Assembly (NCBI GenBank): GCA_964291315.2
Contig: OZ219753.1
Span: forward strand, 2,464,001 to 2,528,000
Direction of reading: 5' to 3'
DNA length: 64,000 nucleotides
Source: Candidatus Poribacteria bacterium
Lineage (GTDB): Bacteria > Poribacteria > WGA-4E > WGA-3G
Shown: positions 60,541 through 64,000 of the stretch, piece after piece
Layout: each line of letters begins with the position of its first letter
How positions within the stretch are numbered: the first letter of the stretch is position 1
Made by a program: the position numbers and the translations under genes
Notes under the pieces: model-generated
What the model was told of the DNA's origin: nothing
Database searches by the model: none
The model's input: only the letters and a program-made list of their open reading frames with translations

Positions 60541-60655
60541 GAAAGAGCTATCAGAAACAGGAGGCAGACAGTTGTCACTAGTTCTATTATGGTGATAGAG
60601 ACGTTCGGAACTACATACATCTTACTGACCCCTGAGCACCGACGGCTGTGAAAAA

Positions 60656-61627
60656 ATGCAAACCCACTCAGAAGGGAGCAGATTCCTAAATCCGGCAATT
60701 CTTGCCCGTATCGGAAATCTTGAACTAATCGCCAAATTCGTCGTTGAAGGTTTTATTTCAGGGCTCCATAAAAGTCCATATCACGGATTCAGCGTCGAAT
60801 TTTCGCAATACCGGCAGTACATGCCCGGTGATGACACCAAACACATAGATTGGAAAGCCTATGCACGGACTGACAGATATTACATCAAGCAGTTTGAGGA
60901 GGAAACCAACCTCAACTGTTACCTGCTTTTAGATGCCAGTGAATCTATGATGCATCCAGTAGACGATGGACAAGCAGGCGAGGCGACGGATCAGAGAGAA
61001 AACAGACAGACCTTGACGAAGTTAAGATATTCCAGTTTCCTGATCGGGTCACTTGCCTATTTCATGGCGAAGCAGCGAGATGCTGTCGGATTTGCGTATT
61101 TTGATGAAGCACTTCACCAATACCTTCCGGCCCGAAGCAGCACATCACACTTGCATTCTATCTTACTCACATTGGAGGCCATGAAAACTTCAAAAAGCAC
61201 ACGAATGGGAACCCCGTTACATCAAATCGCGGAACGTTTGACGAAGCGCGGTTTAGTGCTTTTTATCTCAGATTTATATGATGAAAATCAAGAAGAGGTC
61301 ATCTCCGGTTTGGAACATTTGCGATATGACGGACATGAGGTCATCGTTTTTCACGTCCTCTCGCAGCAAGAGGTTGACTTCGCTAACTTTGAAACAGGGA
61401 GGAGTTCAGAAGCCCTTATCCGTTTCGTTGATTCAGAAAACGACAATGAAATTATTACAACACCACAAGTGATTCGGGAGAGTTATCTGAGCAATTTCAA
61501 TGCATTTCTTGATACCTATAGACTTGCACTGCGGCAAGCAGATGTTGATTATAACGTAATAACAACATCAACCCCAATTGACTTAGCACTTGCGTCCTAT
61601 CTTGCCAAGCGGCAAGGTATTCTTTGA
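60656..61627 (+). CDS. DUF58 protein (MoxR-associated, vWA-like)
   Basis: SGLHKSPYHGFSVEFSQYRQYMPGDD, IDWKAYARTD, LDASESM, ISDL. Confidence 0.93.
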   Translation: MQTHSEGSRFLNPAILARIGNLELIAKFVVEGFISGLHKSPYHGFSVEFSQYRQYMPGDDTKHIDWKAYARTDRYYIKQFEEETNLNCYLLLDASESMMHPVDDGQAGEATDQRENRQTLTKLRYSSFLIGSLAYFMAKQRDAVGFAYFDEALHQYLPARSSTSHLHSILLTLEAMKTSKSTRMGTPLHQIAERLTKRGLVLFISDLYDENQEEVISGLEHLRYDGHEVIVFHVLSQQEVDFANFETGRSSEALIRFVDSENDNEIITTPQVIRESYLSNFNAFLDTYRLALRQADVDYNVITTSTPIDLALASYLAKRQGIL

Positions 61628-61769
61628 GCGGTTGTCAGTTATCGATTACAGAAACAGAGGTCTGTTTGGGCCGTTTCTTACCTAATTGACGACTGATAGT
61701 CGATGTTTCAACAACCCCAAGGGAATCTGTGTGGCGGATTTCTGTATTAGCAACTGATAACTAGCACTA

Positions 61770-63890
61770 ATGTTTGGATTAGGATTTTTAGCTCCCTTAT
61801 TTGTGGCATCCGGTGTTATAGGCGCGTCGATTCCGGTTATCCTGCACTTACTGAATAGAGAACGTGCAAGGCGATTGGTATTCAGCACGATTCGTTTCAT
61901 TCAAATGTCGCATCAGACGAACGTGCGTCGGCATAAGTTGAGACGCCTATTGCTCTTACTGATGCGTATTCTAATATTGGCACTGCTGGGCATCGCATTT
62001 GCCCGTCCATTTTTCGCTGCAGCTCCAGTTATCACGCAAAAAGCAGGCGGGAAACGGAACGCTATTATTATTCTGGATACTTCTTACAGCATGCAGTATG
62101 CGGAGGTATTCCGAAGTGCTAAGCAGGAAGGTCTCAAAATTCTCAACGAGCTGGATTCGACCGATGCTGCAGGTCTCATTCTGTCATCAAACAACGCCCG
62201 TATCGTCGCACCTCTCGGCTCAACGTTTTCACACCTTAGGACAGCTTTGAACGCCGCAAAAGCAACTTACAAGCCTACAGATTACTTGGACGCGCTACAA
62301 ACTGCCGATGACATTTTTAAATCCATTTCTCTTGGGCAGAAGCAGATTTATCTCATCAGCGATATGCAGAAGCGCGGTTGGGAGAACGTGATTGAGACCG
62401 ACAAACTCGACCCGGATATCCAGGTTACGTTCATTGATGTCGGCATTGAGGACGCTCGGAATCTCGCCATTACAGGTATCAGTGTGCCGCCTGTTGTGCT
62501 AAACGAGCAGCAAGTGTCGCACCTTGTCGCTCGCGTCCAGAATTTCAGGGATAAACCGGTTGAAAACCTGCCAGTCCGACTGTTTATAGATGGAAATCTG
62601 ATTCATACCGCCCAACTTGATATTGAACCCGATGATTTGGCAGATGCTGTCTTCAGCATCGATTTTCAAGACGAAGCGACGCATACCGGTTGGGTTGAAC
62701 TTCCTGAAGATGCACTTACAGTTGACAACAAACGTTATTTCACTTTACAGAGCCTCCGGTCTATCAAAGTGCATGCTATCGGAAACACGTCTCGGACTCG
62801 CAGCCCTTACCGGAAAGCGGAAACCTTCTTCATAAAAATGGCGTTTGCAGCAGGAAGCGATGCCGTTCCGATTGATTTTAGCGAGTCTACAACTGTTCCG
62901 AATGCACCAACACTTGCACGCATCGATGTGCTTATCCTTGCCGATGTTCCACGCTTTTCTCCTGCTGAAGCAGAACGTATAAAGACGTACGTTGCTGCGG
63001 GCGGTGGACTAATTGTGACGGTGGGCGATAATCTGGACCCCAGTGCGTATGAACAACATTTCGGCGGAGAGACAGGATTGATGCCTTGCAACTTTATTCA
63101 AACTGTCGGCGATGCCTTTGAGCGCCAACAATTTCGTGTGCTCGCAACACTAAAGTATGAGCATCCAATTTTCGCACCGTTCAAAGAACCGAACCATGGG
63201 GATTTCGGTAAAGCGCGGTTTTACAGATATTTTCAGGCTGTCCCGACAGCAGACTCGACTGTCCTTGCTGCCTATGATGATGGAAGTCCCGCACTTTTTG
63301 AAAAACCTTACGGAGATTTAGGACGTGTTCTCTGCTTTACCTCAACAATAGATAGAGATTGGAACGATCTGCCAATACGTGCAGTTTATCTGCCTTTCCT
63401 TCATGAATCCATCAAGTATCTCGCTCTCAAAAATGTAGAAACGATTCCAGATTACCGTATCGGTGACAGCATTGAATTGAGCGCCGAGGGCGAAAGTATA
63501 GATACAGAAGCACAGAGAACCGTTGCAATTTTCGACCCGAATAATGTTGAAACCCGATTGAAATACCGGGAAGGCAGCGCGGAAGCAAGTCTCTTTTATG
63601 CAGATACGATGTTACCCGGTATCTATTCTGTCCACGCATCGGGGGCAGCGTCTCGCTATTTTGTGGTCAACGTCGACGCGACGGAGTCCGATTTGACATC
63701 ACGGAATATTGAAGAACTCGCAAGCATGCTGAAAGGAGCTGCAGATGAATCGATAGCAGACAAACCTACAGCAGAACTCGTTGCGCAGTACCATGAAGAT
63801 GTAGAACAGAGACAGGATGTTTGGGTGTATCTCATGTTAGCAGTTTTTGCCTTGACGGTGACAGAGATGTTCTTGGCAAACCGTGTTTGA
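61770..63890 (+). CDS. BatA / vWA-domain membrane protein
   Basis: PVILHLL...FST, LRRLLLLLMRIL..AFARP, MIDAS DTSYSM, ISDMQ, C-terminal TM. Confidence 0.9.
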   Translation: MFGLGFLAPLFVASGVIGASIPVILHLLNRERARRLVFSTIRFIQMSHQTNVRRHKLRRLLLLLMRILILALLGIAFARPFFAAAPVITQKAGGKRNAIIILDTSYSMQYAEVFRSAKQEGLKILNELDSTDAAGLILSSNNARIVAPLGSTFSHLRTALNAAKATYKPTDYLDALQTADDIFKSISLGQKQIYLISDMQKRGWENVIETDKLDPDIQVTFIDVGIEDARNLAITGISVPPVVLNEQQVSHLVARVQNFRDKPVENLPVRLFIDGNLIHTAQLDIEPDDLADAVFSIDFQDEATHTGWVELPEDALTVDNKRYFTLQSLRSIKVHAIGNTSRTRSPYRKAETFFIKMAFAAGSDAVPIDFSESTTVPNAPTLARIDVLILADVPRFSPAEAERIKTYVAAGGGLIVTVGDNLDPSAYEQHFGGETGLMPCNFIQTVGDAFERQQFRVLATLKYEHPIFAPFKEPNHGDFGKARFYRYFQAVPTADSTVLAAYDDGSPALFEKPYGDLGRVLCFTSTIDRDWNDLPIRAVYLPFLHESIKYLALKNVETIPDYRIGDSIELSAEGESIDTEAQRTVAIFDPNNVETRLKYREGSAEASLFYADTMLPGIYSVHASGAASRYFVVNVDATESDLTSRNIEELASMLKGAADESIADKPTAELVAQYHEDVEQRQDVWVYLMLAVFALTVTEMFLANRV

Positions 63891-64000
63891 ACCTATAGTT
63901 ATCGATTGCCAGTCATCAATCAGTCCGAATTCCTTTTAACCGAACCAGTACGGAATCGAAATATTGTCCGTTATCAATGAGTCCCTAGAGCATGTTAAAA

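Overview
A 64-kb bacterial chromosomal segment, most likely Candidatus Poribacteria (inferred from four PhyH-family dioxygenases, tandem LamG proteins, a lamin-tail protein, a CRTAC1/ASPIC protein, TPR proteins, a sulfatase-like enzyme and a shared C-terminal 'V(D/S)xxxKL(T/S)xxW(G/A)xLK' motif). About 50 CDSs, mostly housekeeping or metabolic (tatA, trxB, moaC, purL/purQ, yiaK, xylulokinase, GH13, RsbW/V/U-like module, MoxR/DUF58/vWA). No rRNA, tRNA, CRISPR array or intact IS was recognised. Main findings: (1) an Eco57I-like (type IIG-like) DNA methyltransferase split by a G9 homopolymer between motif I and the NPPY motif, where G10 or G7 restores a ~1080-aa protein, so a candidate phase-variable methyltransferase with an AT-rich target-recognition region inside a small defence-like cluster; (2) a compact UvrD/Rep helicase with an apparently intact GIY-YIG endonuclease domain inserted in it; (3) a Met-rich lipoprotein built from two nucleotide-identical cytochrome P460-like domains plus a 30-bp minisatellite; (4) a conserved C-terminal motif on three secreted proteins from two unrelated families, possibly a lineage-specific sorting signal; (5) an orphan type III Mod methyltransferase. 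All calls come from motif recognition by eye; no database searches were run.
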